In this document: piece after piece, positions 40,150 to 52,142 of the stretch
Layout: each line of letters begins with the position of its first letter
Position numbering within the stretch: position 1 is the first letter of the stretch
Assembly: GCA_963514005.1 (NCBI GenBank)
Contig: OY740795.1
Coordinates: 18,166,001-18,230,000 of the forward strand
Origin: Raja brachyura
Taxonomy: Eukaryota
Reading direction: 5' to 3'
Length of the DNA: 64,000 bases
Made by a program: the position numbers and the translations under genes
Notes under the pieces: generated by a model
Told to the model about the DNA's origin: nothing
Databases searched by the model: none
The model's input: only the letters and a program-made list of their open reading frames with translations

Positions 40150-41040
40150 TCCAAGGCTCATCTCTTGCTAGACCCCATAGACCAGGAACCGGGAAGAAGA
40201 GTGGAGGAATATCTGGAGGAATAAAAGATCTGTGCTCATTGGAGAGATGGGAGAAGAATGGCAAATGATGTTCGCCAGAAAAATGTAATGTCGTGCGTTT
40301 TACTACGAAACCTAAATCAATCCACCATTCCTATACACTCTCTGGACATCAGCTACAGGCAGTTTCTAGTCATAAATACTTAGGAGTTACTTTGTCAGAA
40401 AACATTTAATGGAACAAGCATGTGGAAGGGGCAACAGCCAAAGCCAGCAGTATAATCAGCTTTCTACATTGCAATCTGCAAAATGCACCCAAAGAAGTTA
40501 AGATCCAAGCATATAAAAGCCTTGTATGTCCACATGTTGAATATTGCTGCTCTATGTGGGATCATTTCACTCAAGGGAACATCAATAAGATCCAGGCCGT
40601 GCAAAACAGAGCAGCATTGTTCATATCTAACAACTACAAGTGGCAGAGAAAGGACCTTAAACTTCACCCACCTATTACTCATCGCAAGTTCATCAGACCG
40701 ACAACATTCCACAAGATCAAGAATACCACTATTGATTTAAAGATGGAGGACCACATCCAGTTAACCCAAGCACCCATAGGCATGTCAACCAGAAGCTACC
40801 AACATGGAAATTATTTCATTCCGCATGGCACTTCATTAGCACTTTCTAACTCGTTTTTCTTCAAGACAGCAAGGGATACCCTACCAGCCAGCATCAGAGA
40901 TCTCCAAAACATCAACACATACAAAGATGCACCACAAAAGCATCTCCATCTCGACTAGCACGTCCACCACCATCATAGTGCTGAGTGATGCTCTACTTTT
41001 CAGCGGAGCTTTTCAGCAGACTACATCCAGATCCAGATAC
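40150..41040 (+). mobile_element. CR1-group LINE 3' fragment (divergent type, degraded)
   Basis: KASSIISFLHCNL...AYKSLVCPHVEYCCSMWD...VQNRAALFI...NSFF; (ATCCAG)n tail. Confidence 0.8.
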
Positions 41041-41203
41041 TTTACTGGACCTTATCTCCCACTAAACGTTATTCTTTTTTAAACTTTTCACTGTATCGCG
41101 GTACACGTGACAATAAATTTTATCACTCCCCTGTCCACACCGCTCTCCCTCTTTCCCTCTCCTTAACACCCCCTCCTCCATCCATCCATCCACGCTCTCC
41201 CTC

Positions 41204-42790
41204 TCTTGGTTCTTGGTTACTTGGTCCTCCAAAATATTCCAACTGGAATTTAAACTGGAGGTGGTGAAGGGAGGGGTTTAGCCAGAGAGGGTTATTGGGA
41301 AGAAAGTGCCACTTTAAATTTAGTTGCATTTGGCTGGGCAACCGTGGCTTGGTGGAGATTATTCCATGCTTTAATAGTGCGTGGAAAGAACAAATTGCTG
41401 TACACATCTGTCTTTGAGACTGGGACCACAAATTGGATCGAATGCCCTCGTCTGACCCTAATTGGTTTGGGGTTGGTGTAGGTCTTGTGATTTATGTCTA
41501 GCTGACCATTTAACATTTTGTAAAAACAGGTCAAACGGTGAGCTTCACGTCTGCCTTGGAGAGGGTTCCACCCCAGAGAATTCAGAAGTTTGGTGACACT
41601 CGCTTCTCTCTCGTAGGTGTTAGTAACAAATTGAGCGGCCTGTCTTTGGACACGTTCGATGGATGAAATGTTTTTATCTGTGTATGGGTCCCAAGCTGCA
41701 ACTGCGTAGTCCAGATGAGGTCTACCGAGGGTGAAATACAGCTTCTCCTTGACAGAAGCTGAACAATGATGGAAGTTGCGCCTCAGAAAGTTTAGGACAC
41801 CTGTTGCTTTCACTGTTACATGATGAGTCTGACCATTCCAACGTAGATCATTCTCCAATTTGATGCCAAGATACTTGGTTTGTTTGGATTCTTCAAGGGT
41901 GACACCAAGTATGTTGTAAGATGTGACGCCTGGATTCCTTTCTGGTGACACGCATGGTTTCACATTTGGAAGGGTTGAACTGCATGCCCCATTGTTGTGA
42001 CCACTCGACCATAGTATCGAGATCCTTTTGGAGAGCATCTTCATCATCAGCTGACTTAATTGGACGGTACAGCAAACAATCATCAACGAATAGTCTGGTC
42101 GTACTTGCGACTTTTTCATGGATGTCATTGATGTAAAGCAAAAATAGGTGTTGGCCAAGTACTGTGCCCTGGGGTGTACCACTCAACACTGGGTACCAAT
42201 TGGAGCTCCTTCCGTTCACACACACGCGCTGAAGACGTTTTGCCAGGAAACTGGAAATCCATCGTTTCGTGTTGGAACGAATACCGTAGAAGTCAAGCTT
42301 CCGAAGCAGTCTCTGGTGTGGGATGACATCAAATGCTTTAGAAAAGTCCAGTACAACTAAATCCATGATGACGTTACTGTCAAGGTGCTTGGCCAGGTCA
42401 TTTGTTGTCAGGATAAGCTGAGACTCGCATGATCTATGCCTCCTAAATGCATGTTGGTTGTCGGCAAGAATATTATGTTTGCTCACGTGACGCATCAGAT
42501 TACTATCAATGATATGCTCCAGCAATTTACAGCAAGTACTTGTTAGTGAAACAGGACGATAATTCGCTGGGTTGGTGGTTGAACTTTTCTTAAAGAGAGG
42601 AGTGATGTTGGCCTTCCTCCAATCCAGCGGTACTTCGCCCGAGTCAAGCGATTGTTGAAAAATGAACTGTAAAACTGGAGCCAGTTCTTCGGCTGCGATC
42701 TTGAGGGCTTGATTTTGTATCTGATCTGGTCCAATTGCTTTTGTGGTATTAATGTTGAGCAATAACTTCTTGACACCTTCAACTCTCAAT
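41204..42790 (-). mobile_element. Young 5'-truncated CR1-group LINE (RT domain nearly intact, one frameshift)
   Basis: KAIGPDQI...NYRPVSLTSTCCKLLEHI...LDFSKAFD...SGTPQGTVLG...FVDD; second frame KYLGI...RPHLDYAVAAWDPY; (ACCAAGA)n tail. Confidence 0.9.
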
Positions 42791-42805
42791 CCGTCCCCCT
42801 CTCTC

Positions 42806-43840
42806 TAGGTATGTTACAAAACTTACCTTTACCGGCGCTGCACTTCTGCCACTCCCCGTGTGCGCGACTTTGGCGCCTTGCAGAGGGGGGCGGGCTTAAA
42901 GTGCCGTTTTTCCACAGGCCTGGATAATCGATGAATGTCGGGCGATTTGGTTGCTGAAGAAAAATCGCTCCGACATTTAATGAATGGTGGTATTTTTAAA
43001 TTACTCTAAATTATTTATTAACTAGAGTAATTTAAAAATCACCTTCAAAAGCCGTGACCGCAGACAACCGGAAGCATTTTGCGTAGGGGAGAAAAAAAGG
43101 TAAATACTTTATTTTTATATTAAAAGTTGGTTTTTCGGGAGGCATTAATAATATTTTTATGTTGCGAAATGGGGTCCCCAAAAAATGTATGAACCCCCAA
43201 TATTTTTCCCCCCGACTTCACTGCTAACCGCAACGTTCCAATCCACCGCATTCCACTAAAACCCACTCGCTAGTTGATTTAAATGGCCATTAATTTACAG
43301 GCATTAAACACTAAATTCCTTCCATTTGGCCCAGAAATTCATGAAAATGAAATTTAAAAATTATGTTATATTGTGGATCATTGTGTGAATGTTATTTGGA
43401 CACTTAGGCAATTTAAAAAAAGTTTATCTTTTCTTAAGAAATGGATAGATGTTTAGATCTACTCATTGAATTTTGTAATTAGCTACAATTAGATAACTAA
43501 CTAATTATATGCTTTAATTTCAGGTCATCCAAGTAAGATTGTTTAATATTTGTTTCAGAATGCTTCAATCTATAATAACTGAAAATTTCATTGAGTTCTC
43601 TTAATTTTTAAGAAAGTTATGGGCTTTTAACTTTTCCAGATCACAGCTTTTGAGTTAAGTCAATTGAAAGGCAATGTGAAGCAAGATGCTCATTTCCGAG
43701 TATGAAAATGGCCATAACTTTCTTAATACTGAAGATATGAAAGTAAATTAGGTGTCAAATTAAACTTCTTTTTATGCTTTATCTGATGGGATAAATTGCA
43801 GACTTGATTTTTAAAATCTCAAAATTTTGTAACATTGCTA
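42806..43840. mobile_element. Non-autonomous DNA transposon, hAT-like (~1035 bp)
   Basis: Imperfect 16-bp TIRs TAGGTATGTTACAAAA and TTTTGTAACATTGCTA; both flanks are CTCTCTC, so the TSD length is ambiguous; no ORF. Confidence 0.6.
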
Positions 43841-43947
43841 CTCTCTCTCTCCATCCATCCCTTTTTCTCTCGATTTCTTTTCTCCCTCCCTCCCTTCCTT
43901 CTTTCTGTTCCTTCTTTCAACCACCCCTCTCCTCATCCTCCACTCAC

Positions 43948-44011
43948 CCTCCTGCACCATCGCCGTTTTCTTCGCTTCCCGCAAACTCTCCAGCCAGACC
44001 CGCGCCGCCAT
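43948..44011 (-). CDS. DPCD: DPCD coding exon 1
   Basis: gcaagATGG Kozak context; MAARVWLESLREAKKTAMVQE; G|gtgagt donor. Confidence 0.93.
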
Positions 44012-44032
44012 CTTGCATCAATCCGGCTGCCC

Positions 44033-44046
44033 GTCTCCACGGCAAC
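44033..44046. promoter_or_regulatory. RFX X-box (GTCTCCACGGCAAC / GTTGCCGTGGAGAC)
   Basis: Close match to the X-box palindrome GTTGCCATGGCAAC, about 20 nt upstream of the ATG of ciliary gene DPCD. Confidence 0.75.
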
Positions 44047-44061
44047 GGCCGCCCCTGGATC

Positions 44062-44360
44062 GCCCCGCCCCTCTCTGGTGGCACGTCCCCAGTCCTCCGG
44101 CCCCGCCCCTGGTCTACCGGCCCCGCCCCCTCTCTGGCGGCACGTCCCCAGTCCTCCGGCCCCGCCCCTGGTCTACCGGCCCCGCCCCCTCGCTGGCGGC
44201 ACGTCCCCAGTCCTCCGGCCCCGCCCCTCTGTGGCGGCCCCATCCTCTGTCCCCTGCCCCGAGTCCTCCGGCCCCGCCCCCTCTCTTACGGAACGTCCCC
44301 AGTCCTCCGGCCCCGCCCCTCTGTCCCCGGTCCTCCGGCACTGGCCCCGCCCCCGCCCCA
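44062..44360. repeat. GC-box minisatellite (~59-bp unit, ~3 near-perfect plus ~2 degenerate units)
   Basis: Unit ...ggcacgtccccagtcctccggccccgcccctggtctaccggccccgccccctc... recurs with a 59-nt period. Confidence 0.85.
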
Positions 44361-44399
44361 CCCGCACTGGCTGCACTGATTCCACCCGCAGCGCGCTCC

Positions 44400-44478
44400 C
44401 ACCGTTTCCGCTGCCGCTTTATGAATGGACGCGCTTTAATTCACGCGGGGCCGCTGTCCGCTGGGTACTTCCGGCTTG
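44400..44478 (+). other. POLL: Probable non-coding first exon of POLL (5' end approximate)
   Basis: Strong donor TTG|gtgagt at 44479 inside the CpG island; next acceptor gttgtacag| at 46730 precedes the ATG. Confidence 0.5.
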
Positions 44479-46773
44479 GTGAGTGAGGCCGCGGCCATCT
44501 GTCCATCTCCCGCCAGGGCCAGGCCAGGCCAGGCCAGGCCACCTCAGCGACCGTCGCCTCCCTTCCGCCCGCCGCTCCGGTGATTTAATCCAAAGATCGT
44601 CGCTCGCTGTGGGATCTTTGACCCGTCCCGCGGCCACACAGCCGGGAGCGGGGCTCTGATTGGCCGCTTCCTGTCGCACCGGCCTCGCCCGTTGGTCACT
44701 TTAACCCAGACACAGGCCCTTCGGCCCAACTTGCCCAATCTAGCCCAGATGTCCCACCTGCCTGCGCTTGGCCCCTATCCCTCCTAACCTGTCCCATCCA
44801 TGTACCTGTGCAAGTGTCTTTTAAATATTGTTAACCTTTTCCCCATAAACATCATAGGCTCCAAACTACATAGAATTGGGGCATTAGTTTTGTCTTTTTG
44901 CGTACATATTGCACACAACATTTTTCCCATTTATTACATAGTTTACAAAGTACATATACATATTCTGTTGTGCTGCTGCAAGTAAGAATGTCAATGTTCT
45001 GTCTGGGACATTTGACAGTAAAACACTTGACTCTTAATAGTACCTGCCACAACTATCTCCCCTGGCAACTCATTCCATATACCCTGTGTGAAAAAGTTGC
45101 CCCTTAGGTTCCTATTAAATCTTTCCCCCCCTAACCTTAAGCCTATGACCTGTGATACTTGATTCCCGTACTCTGGATAAAATACACAGAATTCACCTGA
45201 TCTACTCCTCTCATGATTTTGTATACTGCTGTAAGATCACCTCTCACCCTCCGAAGCTTCAAGAAAAAAAAACCCTACCCTGCCCAATCTCTCCCTAAAG
45301 CTTGGGCCCTGGCGTTCTGGAAAACATCCTCGTAAATCTTCCCTATACTTTTTTGAGCTTATTGGCATCTTTCCTATAACTGCAATTAAAAGTAATAATC
45401 ATAACATTTGAATTAATCACAAAAATTCAATTTTTGAATTAAAAAATTGTTACCCTGGGACCATTTTTTTAGAGCCTAGGATGCTGAGGGGTGACCTTAG
45501 TGAGGTGTACAAGATCAAGAGGGGCACGGATAAAGTGGAAGCTCATAGTCTTTTTCCCAGGGTAGAGGATTCAAAAACTAGAGGGCATCTGCAGGTACGT
45601 GTTTTCAAACTTCCGTACCTCTTGCCAGGTGGGAGATGGGGGAAAAGTGAGGTTCAAGATTCAAGATAGGACAATGAAATTGCAGCAGGAATTGTGTCCC
45701 TAAAAGGACAATGAAATTCTTGCTTTGCTTCAGCACAACAGAACATAGTAGGTGAGACTCGTCCTTGATTATGCTGGTGGCCTTGCCGAGGCAGCAGGCG
45801 TGTCAAGAGAACAGAGGTTGGTTTGTGTGATGGTCTGGGCTGCGTCCATAATTTTCTGCAATTTCTTGCTGCCTTGGTTGGAGCTGTTCCCAAACCATTC
45901 TGTGAAGCATCCTGATAAAATGTTTTCCACAGTGCATCTGTAGAAGCTGATGAGGGTTGTTGGGGACATGCCGAACTTCCTGGGCTTCTAAGGAAGTGGA
46001 GGCGTTGGTGCGTTTTCTTAGCCATTGCTTTGATATGGCTGGTCCAGGCCAAATTGCTAGTATTATTTATTCCTAAGACCTTGAAGCTTTCAACTTGAAG
46101 AATCTCTACTTTGTCGCCATCAATGTATTCCTGGGTATGTGTACCGCTTCGCTTCCTGCAGTAAATCATAAACGTCTGCCTCTTGCGTTAGTTCACTCAT
46201 TACCTGCCGCTGATCCAGTCCACAGCTGTGTTTTGAGAAGTCACATTGCACCAACGTTGTCCTTCAAGACCCGGCCAGCAGTCAGTGCTGATGCATGTTG
46301 AAGGTTCTCCTGCCCAGGATACTTCTGTATCCTTTGCTAACTTGCATCACTCATTAACGCTAACTCTTGCAAGCATGGGTGGTCGCTGTGTGGGTGGCCC
46401 GAGTATTTGTCATAGGCACTGGATAGGAAACGGAACAATAAAATTCCTGCTGCAATTTTATTGGCACATTAGAGACAACAAAAATATACGTTAAATGATC
46501 AGTTATTCTAAGTAACCTAGACCATGATCGAGTACGAATCAAAGTACTTTAAGCAGGTGTTTTAGTGCAAAGTCCTTAGTGGGTCGGTGGGTGCTGTGCA
46601 AACACAGCTTCCATCAGAAACTCTGGCGAGGTTTGGCCACTTTGGGGAGTAAACGTGGGTCCACAGCTCCACGCTCGCCCCCAGAGATCATGGGTGCTGA
46701 CACGTGTCTTTCTCACAAATCGTTGTACAGGTGGGATAAGCGCTAACCCTCACCGGCGGCTGGCGGGCTGTGC

Positions 46774-46885
46774 ATGGAGCCTCAGGGGATCGTGAAGGCT
46801 TTTCGAAAGGTGAAGCGAGCCCAGGATGTCCAGTCCACCACAGACGGGGAGCCCCTGAAGAAGGCAAGGCCGGAGGAAGCCAAAG
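46774..46885 (+). CDS. POLL: POLL coding exon 1
   Basis: MEPQGIVKAFRKVKR... resembles the Pol lambda N-terminus; G|gtagaa donor. Confidence 0.88.
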
Positions 46886-47511
46886 GTAGAACCATTGATT
46901 TATTATTGTAACCTGTACGGAAGTACAGTGAATAGCTTTGTTTGTGTGCTCTCCACAGGGCAGAGCAGTGGGTTTAGTTTAGTTCATTGTCACCTGTACT
47001 GAGGGTACAGGCAAAAGCTTTTTGTTGCCTGCTAACCAGTCAGCTGAAAGCCTCTACATGATTACAGTCGAGCCATCCACAGTGTACAGATACAGGATAA
47101 AGGGAATAACGTTTAGTGCAAGATAAAGTCCAGTAAAGTCTGATTAAAGAGTTACTGCCTCACATCGGCAGTGACCCGGGTTCAATCCTGACCCCGCGTG
47201 CTGTCTGTATGTGGAGTTTGCACGCTCTCCCTGTGACCGTGAGAGTTTCCTCCGGTTTCCTCCCACATCCCAAAGACGCGCAGGTTTGTAGGTTAAATTC
47301 CCCCCTAGTGTGTAGGGAGTGGATGAGAATGTGGAATAAACACAGAACTTGCATGCTATCCATTCAAATCATACTGTCTAGAATATGTGGAGGCAAAGAA
47401 GAGTTGGTCTTGGCCTTATATTGGGCACAGACATTGTGGCCTGTTCCTGTACTGTTCTGCATTGTACACCGTGGTTGTAACGCTCTTATCCCCGCATCCA
47501 TTCCATTGCAG

Positions 47512-48011
47512 AGCAGTGGTTGAGTGGAGTGACGGTGTACATCGTACCGGCCGGGATTGGAAAGGCTCGGACGGAGATCTTCCAGAAGCAGATAGCACAG
47601 AATGGGGGAGAGGTCAGCCTGGTCTTCGGCCCAGCGGTTACCCACGTGGTGGTGGACGATGGGATGGATGCCGAGCGCGCCCTTCGCCTGCTGCGGCTGG
47701 AGGTGCTGCCACCCAGCGTCTGCCTGCTGCGCTCCGCCTGGCTCAGCTCCTGCATCTCGCAGCGGAAGTTGCTGAGCACTGCGTCCCACGCCCTCTGCAC
47801 CCCGGGACACCTCCTCGCGACCGAGCCGCCGCTCCCCGCGCCTACGGCGGGAGACGAGGGCCAATGCGAGAACGTGCGCCCTGAACTCAGTGGGCGGCCT
47901 ACCCTGTCGCCAAACGCCAGCTCCCTGTGCCCAAAGGCAGAGGAAGTTGCAGCCCAGCACCCCCAAGCCATCACAGAGAGTAGCAAAAAACATCATGCCT
48001 CTACAGCCCAG
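47512..48011 (+). CDS. POLL: POLL coding exon 2 (BRCT + linker, 500 nt)
   Basis: ccattgcag|AG...CAG|gtaagt; WLSGVTVYIVPAGIGKARTEIFQKQI...VTHVVVD...SAWLSSCI. Confidence 0.93.
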
Positions 48012-48509
48012 GTAAGTAAACAAGAGTCGAATGTTTTATTGTGATGTGTCCCGAAACGGAACAATGACATGTAATCATGCCCAACATTATGCTCCACCAT
48101 TCAATCATGACTGATCTACTTTTCCTTCTCAACGCCGTTTCTCCCCGTAACGCTTGACTCCCTTAAGAATCTGTCGATCTCTGCTTTAAAAATTCCAAAT
48201 GACTTGGGCTCCACAGCCGTCTGTGACAATGAATTCCACAGATATACCACACTCTGACTAAAGAAATTCTTCCTCATCTCCTTTCTAAGGTGTGTCCTTT
48301 TATTCCCACTGATCCTAGACTCTCCCACTCGTGGAATCATCCTCTCCACGTCCACTCTATCCAGGCCTTTCATTATTTGGTAGACTTCAATAAGATCCCT
48401 CCTCATCCAGTGAGTACGGACCCAGAGCTGTCAAATGCGCCTTGTACGTCATTCAACTCAGTCATGCCAGGGACCCTGCCACTGAGCACCATTTATGATA
48501 TCTCCGCAG

Positions 48510-48818
48510 CTCCCCAACACTGACAGTATCAGCGAGTCTGAGGATGAAGGTGTGTCCCAACGTGACCTGCGAGCTCTGATCTCTGGGGGCGAGCGTGGAG
48601 CTGTGGACCCCGACCCCAGCAGAGCCGCTGGCAAAAGCACATGGGTGTGTTCCCGCTCGTCCGAAAGCAAGCAGCTCAACCACAACCAGGCCATCACGGA
48701 CAAGCTGAAGACGTTGGAGACGGCGTACACGCACCAGGGTGACAGGTGGCGAGCGATGGGATACAGCAAAGCCATCAACACCCTGAAGAGCTATCACAAA
48801 CCAATCTCCACCTATCAG
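48510..48818 (+). CDS. POLL: POLL coding exon 3 (linker + start of 8-kDa domain)
   Basis: tccgcag|...CAG|gtaaaa; WVCSRSSESKQLNHNQAITDKLKTLETAYTHQGDRWRAMGYSKAINTLKSYHKPISTYQ. Confidence 0.94.
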
Positions 48819-48844
48819 GTAAAACATTCTCACCGCCTCCCTAA

Positions 48845-51755
48845 GGAATGAAGCTTAAATGTGTGAGCAGAGAGACAGAGGGGTGTAAAATTAGGGTAGA
48901 AGCAATAGGTAGCAAGGTGAAAAGTAAAAGTGGCAGGCAGGCAAATCCAGGGCAAAAATCAAAAAGGGCCACTTTTCAACATAATTGTATAAGGGGTAAG
49001 AGTGTTGTAAAAACAAGCCTGAAGACGTTATGTCTGAATGCAAGGAGCATTCGTAATAAGGTGGATGAGTTGAATGTGCAGATAGTTATTCATGAATATG
49101 ATGTAGTTGGGATCACGGAGACATGGCTCCAGGGTGACCAAGGCTGGGAGCTGAACATCCAGGGATATTCAATATTCAGGAGGGATAGACAGAAAGGAAA
49201 AGGAGGTGGGGTAGCGTTGCTGGTGAGAGAGGAGATTAACGCAATAGAATGGAAGGACATTAGCTTGGAGGATGTGGAATCGATAAGGGTAAAACTGCAA
49301 AAACCTAAGGGGCAGAAAACGCTAGTGGGAGTTGTGTACAGGCCACCTAACAGTAGTAGTGGAGTTGGGGATGGCATCAAACAAGAAATTAGAAATGCGT
49401 GCAACAAAGGTAAAACAGTTATAATGGGTGACTTCAATCTACATATAGGTTGGGTGAATCAAATTGGCAGGGGTGCCGAGGAAGAGGATTTCTTGGAATG
49501 TATGCGGGATAGTTTTCTAAACCAACATGTAGAGGAACCAACGAGAGAGCAGGCTATTCTAGACTGGGTATTGAGTAATGAGGAAAAGTTAGTTAACAGT
49601 CTTGTTGTGCGTGGCCCCTTGGGCAAGAGTGACCATAATGTGGTTGAGTTCTTCATTAGGATGGAGAGTGACATAATTAATTCAGAAACAAGGGTAGTGA
49701 ACTTAAAGAACGGTAATTTTAAGGGTATGAGACGTGAATTAGCCAAGATAGACTGGCAATTGATTCTTAAAGGGTTGATGGTGGATAGGCAATGGAAGGC
49801 ATTTAAAGACTGCATGTATGAACTAAAAAAATTCTTCATCCCAGTTTGGCAAAAGAATAAATCAGGGAAGGTAGTACATCCGTGGATAACAAGGGAAATC
49901 AGGGATAGTATCAAAACTAAAGATGAAGCATACAAATTAGCCAGAAAAAGCAGCCTACCAGAGGACTGGGCGAAATTCAGAGTCCAGCAGAAGAGGACAA
50001 GGATGAATTAGGAATGGGAAAATAGATTATAAAAGAAAACTGGCAGGTAACATAAAAACTGACTGCAAAAGTTTTTATTGATATGTGAAGAGAAAATGAT
50101 TAGTGAAAACAAATGTAGGTCCGTTGCAGTCAGAAACAGGTGAATTGATCATGGGGAACAAGGACATGGCAGACCAATTGAATAACTACTTTGGTTCTGT
50201 CTTCGCTAAGGAAGACATAAATAATCTGCCAGAAATAGCAGGGGACCAGGGGTCAAATGAGATGGAACTGAGTGAAATCCAGGTTAGCCGGGAAGTGGTG
50301 TTAGGTAAATTGAATGGTTTAAAGGCCGATAAATCCCCAGGGCCATATAGGCTGCATCCCAGAGTACTTAAGAAAGTAGCCACAGAAATAGTGGATGCAT
50401 TAGTGATAATTTTTCAAAACTCTTTAGATGCTGGAGCAGTTCCTGAGGATTGGAGGGTAGCTAATGTAACCCCACTTTTTAAAAAGGGAGGGAGAGAGGA
50501 AACGGGGAATTACAGGCCAGTTAGTCTAACATCGGTAGTGGGGAAACTGCTAGAGTCAGTTATTAAAGATGGAATAGCAGCACATTTGGAAAGTGGTGAA
50601 ATCATTGGACAAAGTCAGCATGGATTTATGAAAGGTAAATCATGTCTGACGAATCTTATAGAATTTTTCGAGGATGTAACTAGTAGAGTGGATAAGGGTG
50701 AACCAGTGGATGTGTTATATCTGGACTTTCAGAAGGCTTTCGACAAGGTCACACATAAGAGATTAGTATGCAAACTTAAAGCACACGGTATTGGGGGTTC
50801 AGTATTGATGTGGATAGAGAACTGGCTGGCAGACAGGAAGCAAAGAGTAGGAGTAAACGGGTCCTTTTCAGAATGGCAGGCAGTGACTAGTGGGGTGTAC
50901 CGCAAGGCTCAGCACTGGGAAATGCATGGCAGATGCAGTATAATGTGGATAAATGTGAGGTTATCCACTTTGGTGGCAAAAACAGGAAAGTAGACTTACT
51001 TGAATGGTGGCCGATTAGGAAAAGGGGAGATGCAACAAGACCTGGGTGTCATAGTACACCATTCATTAAAAGTAGGCATGCAGGTGCAGCAGGCAGTGAA
51101 GAAAGCGAATGGTATGTTAGCATTCATAGGAAAAGGATTTGAGTATAGGAGCAGGGAGGTTCTACTGCAGTTGTACAGGGTCTTGGTGAGACCACACCTG
51201 GAGTATTGCATACAGTTTTGGTCTCCTAATCTGAGGAAACACACTCTTGCCACAGAGGGATTACAGAGAAGGTTCACCAGACTGATTCCTGGGATGTCAG
51301 GACTTTCATATGAAGAAAGACTGGATAGACTAGGCATGTACTCACTAGAATTTAGAAGATTGAGGGGGGATCTTATAGAAACTTACAACATTCTTAAGGG
51401 GTTGGACAGGCTAGATGCAGGAAGATTGTTCCCGATGTTGGGGAAGTCCAGAACAAGGGGTCACGGTTTAAGGATAAGGGGGAAGTCTTTTAGGACCGAG
51501 ATGAGAAAATTGTTTTTCACACAGGGAGTGGTGAATCTCTGGAATTCTCCGCCACAGAAGGTAGTTGAGGCCAGTTCATTGGCTATATTTAAGAGGGAGT
51601 TTGATGTGGCCCTTGAGGCTAAGGAGATCGGGTGTATGGAGAAAAGGCAGGTACGGGATACTGAGTTGGATGATCAGCCATGATCATATTGAATGGCGGT
51701 GCAGGCTCGAAGGGCCGAATGGCCTACTCCTGCACCTATTTTCTATGTTTCTATG
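48845..51755 (+). mobile_element. CR1 LINE ORF2 (AP endonuclease + RT), with stops, frameshifts and an internal deletion of the RT active site
   Basis: CLNARSIRNK, GITETWL, GGGVA, YRPP, GDFN, SDHN (endonuclease); NYRPVSLTS, DFQKAFD (RT); jumps from GVPQG to the post-ADD region near 50915; (TTTCTATG)n tail. Confidence 0.93.
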
Positions 51756-52142
51756 TCACAGATAGACACAAAGAGCACAAAAAACTCAACCTGATGAAGG
51801 GTCTCGATCCGAAACGCCACGTATTCCTTTTCTCCAGAGATGCTGCCTGTCCCGCTGAGTTACTCCAGATCTTTGTATCAATCTTCGATTTAAACCAGCA
51901 TCTGCAGTTTCTTCCTACACATGTTAGTATCACAGCTTGGTTTGGGAACTGCTCTGCCCAAGGCCGCAAGGATGGAGCCCGGCCCATTACACAGACCACA
52001 CTTCACCATGGACTCAAGCAGCATCTGTGGAGGGAATGGACCGAGGGAAGTCACCAGAGGAGCTGCCTGACCCACTGAGTTACTCAAGCACTTTGTGTCT
52101 CAGTCACATTGACTGGAGCACCATTCCTAGTATGAGCTTTTT

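Larger units (their letters stand above)
43940..44720. promoter_or_regulatory. CpG-island bidirectional promoter shared by DPCD (-) and POLL (+)
   Basis: Very GC/CpG-rich; about 10 CCCCGCCCC GC boxes; ETS motif ACTTCCGG at 44467-44474; inverted CCAAT near 44659; lies between divergent genes. Confidence 0.85.

Noticed and set aside
44062-44360. CRISPR-like repeat array
   Set aside because: The intervening segments are themselves repeated, there are no unique spacers or cas genes, and the context is vertebrate
43804-44486. Long Pro/Gly/Arg-rich ORFs in several frames
   Set aside because: By-products of the GC-rich promoter minisatellite; the real coding sequence here is DPCD exon 1 on minus
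47364-48023. 219-aa and 166-aa minus-strand ORFs
   Set aside because: Antisense shadows of the GC-rich POLL exon
48848-51683. Functional endonuclease/RT gene
   Set aside because: Stops, frameshifts and loss of the catalytic ADD segment; a dead CR1 copy
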